Part shown: piece by piece, positions 10,814-23,413 of the stretch
How the letters are laid out: each line of letters starts with the position of its first letter
Position numbering within the stretch: the stretch's first letter is position 1
Notes under the pieces: generated by a model
Seen by the model: the letters and a program-made list of their open reading frames with translations, nothing else
The model's database searches: none
Told to the model about the DNA's origin: nothing
Source of the DNA: Mantamonas sphyraenae STR306
Lineage: Eukaryota; Protista; CRuMs
NCBI GenBank assembly: GCA_026936335.1
Contig: JAPMXV010000034.1
Span: forward strand, 372,001-436,000
Reading direction: 5' to 3'
DNA length: 64,000 nt
Translations under genes and position numbers: made by a program

Positions 10814-11250
10814 TCTTGAGGGGTTGGAGTGCGGGCGAGGGCGCAATCACCCAAACCCCCACACAAACCGTGAGTTGTCCTCTTTTTCTTTCGCGCCGCC
10901 ACACGTTTGGAACAGCCTCTCGAGGGTATCACCACACCCCAGCCCATTTCCGGACACATGTGCATCCTGTGTGCGCGCCTGCTGTAGGCAGCCAGCAACA
11001 TCCGCATTTGTGTGCGCGACCCAAACGCCTCGGTGCCAAGAATTCCCTGGTTTCCGGCACGTCTCGCGCACACATCCTGCATGGCTAGCACAGCACGGTC
11101 TGGCTTTTGGGCACGCATGCCATCCGTGCGTGTGCGCCAGGTTTGGGCACGCTGTGGTCCCAGCGCACCTGGTTTGGGCTGTGTGTGCGGGGAGGCGCCA
11201 GACGGAGGGCCAGACACACTGACATTGGAACACGGATCACAGAACGAACT

Positions 11251-14200
11251 ATGTCTTCCTCGGAGAACGAGCAGAACGACAATGTGGAAATCGACGATTC
11301 GCTGTACTCGCGCCAGCGATACGTGCTCGGTGACAAGGCCATGAAGCGCATTCTGACCTCCACCGTGCTCGTCAGCGGCATGACTGCCCTCGGTGTGGAA
11401 ATTGGTGCGTGGAAAATCCTCCCCCCTCTTCCCTCTCACCTTGGCACGCTCCCTCGACCTCTCGCTCCCTCCAGCTTTCACAACCCGGCAGGAATGCACC
11501 AGGCCATACACTGCCCACCATTTCTCACCATGCCTTTCCGTCTCCCATCACTGGCTCGTCCTAACCCGTTCCCTCGCACCCGTTCCCACAGCAAAGAACA
11601 TCTGCCTCGCCGGTGTGCGCACCCTGACACTCCATGACACCAAGGACGCTGTTGTGGGCGACCAGAGCGGCCAGTTCTTTGTTTCCGAGGGCGACGTGGG
11701 CCAGAACCGTGCCCAGGTGTCTCAGAAGCAGATTGCCGAGCTCAACCCGCACGTCACCGTCACCGCATCCACGGACAACCTCCTGGACAACCTCGACATG
11801 CTGCTGGAGTACAAGTGTGTCGTTCTCACCGACGCCGACGCTGCCACGCAAGCTGCAGTCGCCGAGTTTTGCCACGCCAACAACATCTGCTTCATTCTCT
11901 CCGACGTCCGCGGCGCCTTTTTCCAGGCTTTTGTCGACTTTGGCGAGGAGTTTGAGGTCAACGACAGCAACGGCGAGCGCGAGCTCGACGTGACCATCAG
12001 CCAAGTCACGCAGGAGGAGGAGGGCAAGGTCACAACGCTCGAGGACAAGATGCATGGCTTCGAGACAGGCGACTACGTGCGCTTCGACGAGGTCATCGGA
12101 ATGACCGAACTCAACGGCAAGGAGTTTGAGGTCAAGGTCCTGTCGCCCACAGAGTTTACCATCGGCGACACACGCGAGTTTTCGCCGTTTGGCGGACGCG
12201 GCCAGGCCACACAGGTCAAGAAGCCGTTTACCGTCTCGTTCAAGAGCCTCGCCGAGAGCATTGCTGCTCCTGAGATCCTGCCTGCCGACTTTGGCAAGTT
12301 TGAGGCCCCCATGCAGATGCACGTTGGCTTCCAGGCCCTCGGGCAGTTTGCCGCCGACAAGGGTGCTCTCCCGGCCCCGTGGAACAAGGACGACGTCGCC
12401 ACCTTCCTCCAGCTGGCCAAGGACATTGCTGCCAAGCATGAGGTCGAGGCCGACGAGGCCTACCTGGCCAAGATGGCCTGCACAGCACAGGGCTCCCTGC
12501 CGGCCCTCGCCGCCTTTGGTGGAGGTGTCATCGGACAGGAGGCCCTCAAGGCCCTCACGGGCAAGTACACTCCGCTGTCTCAGTGGCTGTACCTGGACAC
12601 CACCGAGCTCGTGCCGTCCATGGACGAGGCCGACCTCGACTCCTTCCAGCCGCGCAACGACCGCTACGACCACATCCGCATGGTCATCGGCCAGGCTCTG
12701 CTCGACAAGCTCATGGACACGCGTTTGTTTATGGTCGGTTCCGGGGCCATCGGCTGCGAGATGCTGAAGAACTTTGCCATGGGTGGAGTGGCCTGCGGCG
12801 ACGACGGCCTCGTGACCATGACCGACAACGACATCATTGAGAAGAGCAACCTGAACCGTCAGTTCCTCTTCCGCAACACCGACATCCAGAAACCCAAGTC
12901 CGAGACGGCTGCGGCTGCCGTGCAGGCCATGAACCCGGACATCAAGATCGACCCGCACCTGGAAAAGGTCGGCCCGGAGACTGAGGACAGGTACAGCGAC
13001 GAGTTTTTCCAGTCCCTCAACCTGGTGGTCAATGCCCTGGACAACGTCAACGCCCGTCTGTACATGGACGGCCGTGCAGTGACCAACCGGCTGCCCCTTC
13101 TGGAGTCGGGCACCCTTGGCCCCAAGGGCCACGTCCAGGTGGTTGTCCCCTACAAGACCGAGTCGTACGGCTCGTCGCGGGATCCCCCCGAAAAGGACGT
13201 GCCCATGTGCACCCTCAAGTCGTTCCCGTCCGAGCCGAACCACACCATCCAGTTCTTCCGCTCCAAGTTCCAGTCGCTGCTGTCCAACAAGCCCCAGGAC
13301 GTCAACAAGTTCCTGGAGCAGGACGACTTTTACGAAAAGTTCCAGCAGTTGGGCGACGAGCAGCTGCTCGAGGTGCGCAACGTGTACCTGTTCATGCACG
13401 AGCGCAAGCTGACGTCGTTTGAGGACTGTGTGCAGTTTGCACGCATCAAGTTTGAAAAGTACTTCCGCAACAAGATCCTGCAGCTGTTGCACAACTACCC
13501 GCTGGACCTCAAGATGAAGGACGGCTCGGACTTTTGGAAACTGCCCAAGCGCCCGCCGCAACCGCTGGAGTTTGACGCCGACAACCAGCTGCACATGGAC
13601 TTTATCCTGTCCCTGGCGCAGCTCATGGCTCGCATCTACAAGCTGAACGTCGACGAGGCCAACATCGACATGGACGTGGTGCGCAAGGCCCTGGACGAGA
13701 CCCAGGTGCCCGAGTTTAAGCCTGTGGACGGCAAGCACATCGAGACGGACGAGAAGGCCAGCGAGGAGGATGCCAAGAAGAAGGAGGCGGAGAGCCCCGC
13801 CAGCAAGTTGGAGCAAATCGACCGCGCGGCCCTGGACGCTGTGCTGAAGGATCTGGCGGAACGCAAGGCAAAGGGCGAGGACATTTTCCTTGCACCGGAG
13901 GACTTTGAGAAGGACGATGACAGCAACCACCACATCGACTTTATCACCGCAGGCTCGAACCTGCGTGCCAGCCAGTACGGTGTGCGCACAGCGGATCGCA
14001 TCGAGACCAAGGGCATTGCAGGCAAGATCATCCCGGCCATTGCCACCACCACGTCGGCAGTTGCAGGTCTGGTCACCATCGAGATGCTCAAGTTGATCAA
14101 CGAGACGGAAATCGAGGGCATCAAGAACACGTTCATGAACCTGGCCCTGCCCTTCTTTGCCCTGACGGAACCAGGCGCGGCGCCGGCACGTGCCATCAAC

Positions 14201-14500
14201 GACAAGGTGTCTGTGACCATGTGGGACCGCTGGGACGTCAACGAGGGTGACATGACGGTGCAGCAGTTCATGGACTACTTCCTGGAGAAGTATGCTCTCA
14301 AGGTGACGGGCATCTTCAACGGCGTCTCTCAGGTGTACAACATGCACCTGCCCATGCACAAGAAGCGTCTGAGCAAGACCCTGGGCAAGCTCATCAAGAA
14401 CAAGTCCGGCGACTACGCCGATCTCACAGTGACCTTTGTGCAGGCTGCCAACGAGGAGGAGGAGGTCAACGGACCGCCTGTTCGCTTCTTCTTTGGCTGA
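11251..14500 (+). CDS. UBA6: Ubiquitin-activating enzyme E1, UBA6 type; exons 11251-11404, 11592-14500
   Basis: [18 protein letters not shown] across the splice, [21 protein letters not shown], catalytic [10 protein letters not shown]-terminal GPPVRFFF; these match UBA6 better than UBA1. Confidence 0.85.
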
Positions 14501-14578
14501 ATGAGCAACAGCACACAGAGTTTGGGGGGGAATCAGTGAGAAACAAGCAATGCAAGCAATGCAATGAGCACTTTGTTC

Positions 14579-14580
14579 CT

Positions 14581-14614
<34 letters not shown>

Positions 14615-15599
14615 TGAAGAGGCGACAAAGTCCGTCTCCAAATCCGCTTCTTCGACTTCTTCTCCCTCCACGTTGGCCACCGTGTCGTCTGTCTGCTTGG
14701 CTGCCATTCCCTCCATGAAAGTCTGTAGGGCCTCTGTGACTGCATGGTTCTCCCTAGACATGGCCTCAAAAAAGGCGGTGTGGCCGGCGTCGTTCTCGCG
14801 GGTGGGCAGCGCGCCGTTGTTTAGCAACAGGGTTGTCACTGGTACGAACCCATGCAAGGACATGCGCACTCGGATGTTAGCGTGTGATGGTGGACGCGAT
14901 GTGTGCTATGCCATGGCCACAGGTGTGTACGCACGAAGCCTTACCTTCGGCCTGATCGTTCAGGCATGCCCAGTGCAGCGGGGTGTTGTGCTCCGCGTTG
15001 TAAATGTCCACGATGATATCCGGCACCTGCATCAGCATATCTACAATGGCGACATGGCCGTTGGCAGCAGCCATGTGCAGGCCACTGTTCCCTCGTGCGT
15101 CGCGGTAGTTGACGCCCTGCATTCCGAACCTGGACTCGGCCAACGCCGCAAGCGCCTCGCTGACCTCGTCTTCCTCGCCGTATCGGCATGCCAACACAAA
15201 TTCGTTCAATAGTTCGCTCTCCTCCGACTCCTCCTCCACGTCGTCAAACAATGGCAGTTCAGGCCAAGGCTGCTGTTCGTCCCCTTCGTCCTCCACCACC
15301 ACCTCCTCCTCCTCAGGCTCCTTCCCCACTGTCTTCTGTTCTTTGCCCTTGTCTCCGGCCTCTGTCGATGACGAGGACTGCCCTGAGGCGTCTTTCGCTG
15401 TGTTGGATGATTCAGAGGAAGCGTGCTTGGCCTTGGCGGCAGCCTTGGCCTTCTTGTGTTCCTTCTTGTGCTCGTTCCAGTTGTCTGCAAAGCACTCTTG
15501 CGAGCAAAAGTAGCGCTTGTCCATCGGCACGCCCTCTGGACACTTTGGACACATCATTTGCGCCTCCTTGTCGCACCCACTGCACTGTTTCCCATCCAT
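14579..15599 (-). CDS. zf-C6H2 (MetAP1-type, MYND-like) finger plus YAR1-like ankyrin repeats; exons 15599-14945, 14838-14579
   Basis: CSGC..MCPKC..YFCSQECFADNWNEHKKEH; ankyrins NSGLHMAAANGH, NTPLHWACLN, NDAGHTAFFEA; in-phase GT-AG intron. Confidence 0.8.
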
Positions 15600-15739
15600 G
15601 GTTCCGGTGGGCGACACACCGCTGGATCTGCTCTGCAACTGCAGCAGCAACACACACACATACACATAGAAATGAATGGAGACATGTCCCACTGCATGTT
15701 CATTGTGGTTGCTTCGTCTCCTCTTCCTCTCTCTCTCTC

Positions 15740-18700
15740 TCAGAAGCGGAATGGCTTGGGCAGGAGGGCAACGAGGTACACCCAAACGCTGGTGACCCTG
15801 TTCGGGTAGGCGACGACATGGACACCCAGAGCAAACTCGGCTGTGCCATCGTCCATGTCCCAGATCTTGGTAGCAAAGACGGCGTCGACAATGTCCTCCA
15901 TGTCGGTCATGGTCACGTTGATCGGATAGCCGATGAGGTCGTAGTCGCGTTGTACGCTGTCGATGATGGCGTCGTGTGCATCCTCTGTAAACGGGATGCT
16001 GTTCCACTTGCTGGTTTCCATCTGCTCCAGCACCTTTTCCAGATCCTTGCTGGCCAGCGAGTTCCAGTTGGTCACCCGCGCCGCGGTGTCGTCCATGCCC
16101 AGGCGCCAGTTGCTTTCGATTTCCCAGGTCAGTGTGCTCACAATGTCCGAGCGCAGGCGCCGCACGTCCTCCAATCCCTTGTAGCGCGGCACCTCGTCCT
16201 GCTTGCTGGGCAGGTTGCGTTTCTCAAACTTGGGTGTGTAGAAGGGCACCCACTGTTTGGTGTCTGACAGATCGTACGACAGTTGGCTGGGTTCTCCGTG
16301 TTCCTGTACGTTGGCCCAGATGTTGTCCTCGTTGAAGATGACGCCCACGTTGAACAGCGGACAATTCGCGTCCATGTGTTCAAACATGTGGCCGGTCACC
16401 GCGTTGATGTATCGCCAATTGTTGCCCTCGCGCACCAGCACGTACGCGGTGTCTCCTTCGGGGATGGCGCTGCCCAGCACCACGTACGCCTCCACGTTCA
16501 GGTACAGCAGGTAGTTGCACAGCAGCACGGCGTGCTCCTCCCAATCGCCCACATTCATCGCCAAAAACTCCTCCGTCGTGCTCCACAGGTTAAACCGACC
16601 AATGAACGCTGCCGCATCCTCCAGGAACGGGATCAGGGACACGAAACGCACCATCCGCTTCGGATCGTTTTCCAGCAAATCGGGAGGCTTTTGCGGCCGC
16701 ACGTACCGGCAGATAAATGTGGAATTGCCCTCCATGTCTGCGGCCGTGGCCTGAATGACGCGACCCGCACACGCTTTGCGTTTGCGCAAACCGGCTTCCC
16801 ACTTTTCCGCGTAGCGCAGAAAGTCCTCTTCCTCGCCGTCAAACAGCACGTCGTCCGCGTTGTCGATGACCAGCGGCGGCTCAATCGTAATCAACACACT
16901 CAACATAGGATCCATGCTGCCCGCAGGGCGCTGTTGCTGCGAGGAGGAGGAGGAGGCGCCTCCGCCTCCGCCCCCTGCCCCGCCGCCCACGTCTTCGGCT
17001 TTGCGGTACTTGAGGATCACCGGCGGGGCGTTGAGGAAGAAGCTGCCCTCCACGCGCGAGTTTTGGTACACAGTGGAAAAGGGGATGTCGAGCTGGCCCA
17101 GAAAGATGTCCAGTTCGCGTTGAAGACGCTCGCTGCGTCGGCGGTCGTCGTGAGGCAGGTCGTACTTGCGATGGTCATACACCTTGAACTCAATCATTTC
17201 GCTCAGCGTGCTCAGATACGACGGATCAAAGCCGCCGGGCCCCGGATTGAACGGCAAGTCGAAGCTCGTGTTCCACTCTGGATCTGTGCCACGCGACACA
17301 AAGCTGCGTGTCTCGTTGCCCTGGAAGCGCACCTCCACGACGGGTGCCAGGCGCTCGCCGTCGCCTTCGTCCTCGTCTTCCCCATTCATGCCTGCGTAGC
17401 CCTGACCAGAGCCACCGACACCCTCGCCTGCGCCAGGAGCGTCAAAGACACTCTGGCGACCCGCACCGCCGCCGCGACGCCGTCTTCCTCCACCACCGCC
17501 ACCACGCATGACATCGCGAGTCTGTCCGGCGACGCCAAAGCCGCCGTTGCGTGCGGGCAGATTGTAGCCGCGAAGCAGTTTGATGATGAGGCGGCGCTCC
17601 TGGCTGGAGACCACCGCTTTGCGCTCCTTGCGCTGTGGCTTGAGCTTGCGACGTTGCTGGAACAGGGATTCAAACAGGGTGAACGGGGTGTTGAAGTCGG
17701 GTAGGGGTACCTCGTTCACCACCTGGTTCACGTGCATGGAGACGGCGTGCGTTTCACGCGCACGCTGCAACTGCCGCACCAGATCGCTGTTGTGGATCCG
17801 CTTCAGCCAGGCATTCGACTTGACCGGTTTTCCGGCGCCGTAGCGCCTCCTGCGTGCTCCTGCACGCTGCCGGGCACTGCGTTTGCGCCCGCCACGCGTC
17901 GTCTGGTCAGCCCCTTCGGCTTCCTGTTCAGGCACGTGTTCGTGAAACACGCGCAGATCCACCTCCTCCTCCAGCATGGGCACACGTAGCTCCAGGCCGT
18001 ACTTGCTGCGAAGCTTCAGCGCTTGGATGCGCTTGCTGTCTGAAGAGGACGATGAGGACGACCCGCCGTCGCTCGGGCCGTCTTCGATGGGCGCGTACGG
18101 ATCCAACAGGGTGGCACGCTTGCTGCGCTGCAGGCTAAACACCGCAGTTTCGTTGGCGCTCAATTCCTGGGCGTTGACGACGTCGCGAAAGTCCTTGACG
18201 CGCGGATCGTTGGGGTCCTTCTTGCCGGCTTTGAGAAAGGCGCGCAGCTGTGCAATCTTCATGTCTTCGTACTTGGAACGCACCACACGCTTCTCCATGA
18301 GCGCGTCGAGGCGATGCTTTGGCTGTTCGGGTGCCAGGGGCTGCTCTGCGGGCTGGTTCTCGCTGATGGGTTGCCACGAGGCGCGTGCGAACAGCTCGCC
18401 ACGTACCATGCGCAACGATGCAGCGACACCAGCGGAGCCATCGGCATCGTCGCCAGTGCGTCCTTCGCCCAGTTGCTGCTGCGGCGGCTGCTCGCCCGAT
18501 GAAGCACTGCCCACACCGGCGGCGCTCGTGTGCGTCAGGTCGCTGTTCTTGGCACGGATGTTGTGCACGTCGCGGATCTCCTCGAGGCCTTCAAACTCGT
18601 AGGTGGCCGCCTCGTGGGACTCGTGGTCCACGCCGGCACTCTCGGAGGAGGGTACGTCGATGGGGATGCGTGCCACGACGGTGTCTGTGATGACGCCCGG

Positions 18701-21612
18701 TTGCACGAGCTCGATCATGATGGAGGATGGATATGTGCGCACGTGTACGGGAAAGATCTGACCGACGTCGATTTCGTAGGAAGGAAAGGACAGCGAGGCG
18801 GTGTTGGACTTGAACACGAGCTTGCCGTTGACAAACAGCTTGGCCTGCAGCTTGTACTTGCCCACCAGCGCCCGGCGTGCTTTTTCGTCGGCAATGCCGG
18901 CTTGTTGCAACTCGTCGTTGCTTGTCACTGCTTGCGAGTCGGACAGGATGGGCACGTAGATGGGTGCCCCAATCCCCCGCTTGGTCGCCTCAAACCTGGC
19001 CCAGATGTCCTGGCTGTGCTCCTCCTCGGCAAACTCCTCCTTCTGGGGCCGATCGCCAAGGCGATCCAGTGCAGCCTCTGTGTCCGGCTCCGCCGGTGGC
19101 TCTTCCATGTCGTCCATGTCGAGCTCGTCGTCGCCGAGGGTTTCGTCCTGCAGCGAGGCATCTGTGTCGTTGTCGACGCCGCGACGCGATGCTCGCCGCC
19201 TGCCTCCGGCACCACGACGCAATCCCATGGACGAATCCAGGCCTGTTTCGTCGTCGTCGTCCGCACGTGTTTGTCGGGCCAAGCGCCGCTGTTCGCGGCG
19301 TTCCAGGGCACGCTCTCGTCGCGCCTGGCGTGCTTCCCACTCCCTGTACGCGACCTCGTACTGCTCCTGTACGTTCTGGATCATGTCATACTCCATCTGC
19401 CACTTGCGGTTTGCGTCTGCGTGGTCCTTGTCGTGCTGTTCGCGCAACTCTTCCAACTCATCGTGGAGCTGCTGCATCCATCGCCGCTCGTCCTCCTCTG
19501 CGTTTGTTTCGATGATTTTCACCTTGAGCCGCACACGCGTGGACACAAAGCCCTGGCTGTCACGCAGTCTCTTGATGCGGTTCCACACACGCAGCATTTG
19601 CATCACGAGATCGCGCACGGAAAACTCGGCGGCATCCTTCAGCTGTCGTGTGAGGCGGATGTCCTTCTTGACCGCATTCATGCGCGCCTCGCGCTCACGC
19701 AACCATCTGTTCATACGCTTGACATTGTCAGCAAACGATCCCGACTGCGTGCGCTGGGCAAGGCCTGCGCCGCTCAGGCCGGACGCCGCCTTGGCCAGCT
19801 GGCTCAGCTTGCCCTTTCCCTTGGCCTTTGCATTGGCCTTGGCGTTGCCAGCCAGCAGCGAGGCAAAGCCAGAGGCAGCGTTTGCGGCGGCGGCGGCGCC
19901 GGCAACGTCGCCGCCTGTGGAGTCGTCCTGGGCGTCGCCGTCGCCCACATCTTCGCTCTCGATGCGCAACTGCTCCTTGAGCACGTCGAGCTGCTCCGAG
20001 TAGTATCGCTCGTTGTCCTCCGAGATGAGCTGGAGGTACTTGCGGTTCATGGCAATCAGTTGGGAGGCGAGGTACTCCTCCTCGATGAAGAGCGGGTGGT
20101 CGACAAAGCGGATGGCGGCAATGTCGACGTCCAGCTGGTAGGCGGTGTCTGTGTTGACGTTTGCGGTGCCTTTGCTGGCGGGTCGAAAGGACACCATGAG
20201 ATGCTTGGCACGCTTGTCCAGGTTCAACTCGGCCAGGGGCCTGTTGACCACCTCCTTCAAGGGGTCGTCCTCGCGTTCGATGCGCCCGTCGTCGCCAAAC
20301 CACTGCACGCCGGAGCGGTACAAAATCTGCTCGAAACGATACTCGTTCCACGGCGCAGACATGGGCTTGTCCGCCACAAAGAAGCCCTCCTCCTGCAGTG
20401 TGCGCGGCTGCAAACGCAAACCGGACTCTTCGTCGTGGCGCATCTCCTTGTTGCTCACTCGCCACAGGGTTTCGTTCTCCCGCCGCACCTGTTCATCGTG
20501 TGGAATCACAATGGGCGCCTCAAACACCACCGTCGTCTTGGACTTGGCCGCGCCGGTGCCTTCCTGGTCGGCAAGCAGCTGCTGCCGTTGTTGAGCTGCT
20601 GCTGCCCCGGCCTCCCCGACTCCCGTTCCTCCTCCACCTTCCTCGCCGTCGTTGCCGCCGCCGCCGCCACCGTTGAGAAACAGTCCAGATTGTTGGTCTG
20701 CGGTGGTCTCTTGGTCGCGGTCAGCCTCGTCGTGATGCGGCAGACCACCTACGCCCGTTCCGTCGTCGTCGTCGTCGTCTTGGGCAGGGGCATCTGTGTT
20801 GAATCGAGTGCGCCTGCGTCGCCGTGAGGATCGTGTGAGGCGACTGGTGCGTGTGCCCTCCCCACCGACGGTGGAGGAGTCACCGAGGCCTGTGCCCTGG
20901 CCAGCAGGGGTGCCGGCCTCGGAGAATCCGTCGTCATTCTCCTCGGCGTCCTCGGGCTGGTTCTCCAGCAGCGGGGACTTTGGGCTGTCTGTGCCGCGAT
21001 TGCGGTTACGTCGCCTGCTTCTGCGCGACGATTGGGAAATGGGCGAGTCCTGTGGAGTGGCGTGCAGAGTGAGTTTGGTGGGCCGGGGGCCTTGGCGCCA
21101 AAAAAACGGTTTGGGGCAAGGGCAAACACAGGGGTGGGGCCACCTACGTATGTGTCATCCTGCTGAGCCATTGCATGGTTGTCATACATCGTTTCAGGCT
21201 CTTGGTCAGCGTAAGGGTCGTCGAGGTTGTGGTGGAGATCTGCATCTGCGGGAGCCGGAGTGCGGCGGGCGGTGCGGCGACGACGACCGGCGGAGGTGAA
21301 TGCATCACGGGAAGCCAAGGAGGAGGCTGTGGCTGTGGTGGAGGCAGAAAGAGGGACGACGTCGTTGTCGTCGCCGTAGGTGTTGTCGGAGACGACCTGT
21401 GGATCGAGCGGGGCCGGACGAGCAGCGCGGCCTCGGCGGCGGGTGTGAAGACGACGATCTGCAGAGTTGTCCGCCGCGTCCATGGCCTGGTCGTAGTCGT
21501 CCACGTAACCGTTGTCGCCGTTGTCGCCGTCGTCGTCGTCGTCTTTTCTGATGTTGCTGTTGTGTGGATCGCGGTCGGTGCCACGTTGCATGCGTCGAGG
21601 TCTGCGCGACAT
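15740..21612 (-). CDS. CC2D2A: Ciliary transition-zone protein CC2D2A/MKS6; exons 21612-21148, 21049-15740
   Basis: Coiled coil, two C2 domains and a transglutaminase-like region (FVSLIPFLED, GDWEEHAVLLCNY, LGSAIPEGDTAYVL, NIWANVQ), ending VWVYLVAL; phase-0 intron 21050-21147. Confidence 0.9.
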
Positions 21613-21647
21613 AGCGTCCACCAGAACGAAGCAAAGGTTTGTGTGCC

Positions 21648-23387
21648 ATGTCGCAGAGCGAGGAGAAGCAGCAGCAGCAGCAGCAATCTGTGTTGGACGC
21701 AGTTTTGGAGGGACAGGAGGTGGGTGCGGAAGAGACGCAGGCGTGGAAGACACTGGAAGCGCTGTACGAAGAGACAAAGGGCGTCCACCTGCGCGACTTG
21801 TTTGCGCAGGACAAGGACCGGTTTGCCAAGATGACGCGCGAGGTGCCGAACGACATCCTGGTGGACTTTTCGAAGCATCGTGTGACGGACGAGGTTGTGG
21901 CGGCGCTGTGCGAGCTGGCGGAGGAGCGAAAGGTGGCGGAGTGGCGAGAGGCGATGTTTGCGGGAGAGAAGATCAACGTGACGGAGAAGCGTGCGGTGTT
22001 GCACACGGCGCTGAGGAACCACCAGTCGGGAGAGGCGGTGTTTGTGGACGGGGAGGATGTGATGCCGCTGGTAAAGGGGGTGCTTGGGCGGATGGAGGAC
22101 TTTGTGGGGCGAGTGCGCAGCGGGGAGTGGCTCGGGTGCACGGGCAAGCGTGTGCGGGACGTGGTGAACATTGGCATTGGGGGATCTGATCTGGGGCCTG
22201 TGATGGTGTGCCATGCGCTGGAGTACTACGCGCACGAGTCGCCCGTGGCGGTGCACTTTGTGTCGAATGTGGATCACACGCACCTTGCCGAGGTGCTGCG
22301 GAAGGTGGACAGCGCAGAGAGCACGTTGTTTGTCATTGCCAGCAAGACGTTTACGACGCAGGAGACAATGACCAATGCGGAGAGTGCACGCGCGTGGATG
22401 ATGGAGCAGCTGGAGAGCAAGGTGGACGGGGAGGAACAAAAAGGGAGCATTGTGGCGAAGCATTTTGTGGCGCTGTCCACGAATGCAGAGGGGGTGGAGG
22501 CGTTTGGGATGGACACGGCGAACATGTTTGAGTTTTGGGATTGGGTGGGAGGGCGATATTCGCTGTGGAGTGCCATCGGATTGAGCATTGCCCTGTACGT
22601 GGGGTGGGAGCACTTTGATGCGCTGCTGGCGGGTGCTCATGACGCGGATGTGCACTTTCGCGAAACGAAGGAGATGGCAGAGAACGTGCCTGTGATGATG
22701 GCACTGTTGGGCGTGTGGTACAACAACTTTTACGGGGCGGAGACGCACGCTATCTTGCCGTACGACCAGTACCTGGACCGGTTTGCGGCGTACTTTCAGC
22801 AGGGGGACATGGAGAGCAATGGCAAGTCAAAGACACGCGCTGGGAAGCAGGTGGGCGTGAGCACGGGACCGGTGATCTGGGGAGAGCCGGGCACGAATGG
22901 GCAGCACGCGTTTTACCAACTGCTGCACCAGGGGACGAAACTGGTGCCGGCGGACTTTATCGCTGTGGCCAACAGCCTGAACGCCAAGGGTCGTCACCAA
23001 AAGATCCTTGTGGCGAACTGCATCGCACAGACAGAGGCGCTGATGAAAGGCCGAACGGCAGAGGAGGTGCGCGCGGAAGGGGAGACGGACGAAACAGTGG
23101 TGGCACACAAGGTGTTTGAGGGCAACCGACCGACGACGACGGTGATGCTGCACACTCTGACGCCGCGCAGTCTGGGCACTCTGATTGCGCTGTACGAGCA
23201 CAAGATCTTTGTGCAGGGGGTGATCTTTGGGGTCAACTCGTTCGACCAGTGGGGTGTGGAGTTGGGCAAGAAGCTGGCCAAGGTGATTCTCAAGGAGCTG
23301 GAGGATGGTGAAGAGAGTGGGGAGAGCGAGCACGACTCGAGCACGTCGGGCTTGATGGAGAAGTTCCGGGAGTTTGCGGGAAAATGA
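21648..23387 (+). CDS. GPI: Glucose-6-phosphate isomerase
   Basis: [68 protein letters not shown]. Confidence 0.98.
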   Translation: MSQSEEKQQQQQQSVLDAVLEGQEVGAEETQAWKTLEALYEETKGVHLRDLFAQDKDRFAKMTREVPNDILVDFSKHRVTDEVVAALCELAEERKVAEWREAMFAGEKINVTEKRAVLHTALRNHQSGEAVFVDGEDVMPLVKGVLGRMEDFVGRVRSGEWLGCTGKRVRDVVNIGIGGSDLGPVMVCHALEYYAHESPVAVHFVSNVDHTHLAEVLRKVDSAESTLFVIASKTFTTQETMTNAESARAWMMEQLESKVDGEEQKGSIVAKHFVALSTNAEGVEAFGMDTANMFEFWDWVGGRYSLWSAIGLSIALYVGWEHFDALLAGAHDADVHFRETKEMAENVPVMMALLGVWYNNFYGAETHAILPYDQYLDRFAAYFQQGDMESNGKSKTRAGKQVGVSTGPVIWGEPGTNGQHAFYQLLHQGTKLVPADFIAVANSLNAKGRHQKILVANCIAQTEALMKGRTAEEVRAEGETDETVVAHKVFEGNRPTTTVMLHTLTPRSLGTLIALYEHKIFVQGVIFGVNSFDQWGVELGKKLAKVILKELEDGEESGESEHDSSTSGLMEKFREFAGK

Positions 23388-23413
23388 GTTTGGAATTGTG
23401 TCCGGGGTCTGTT

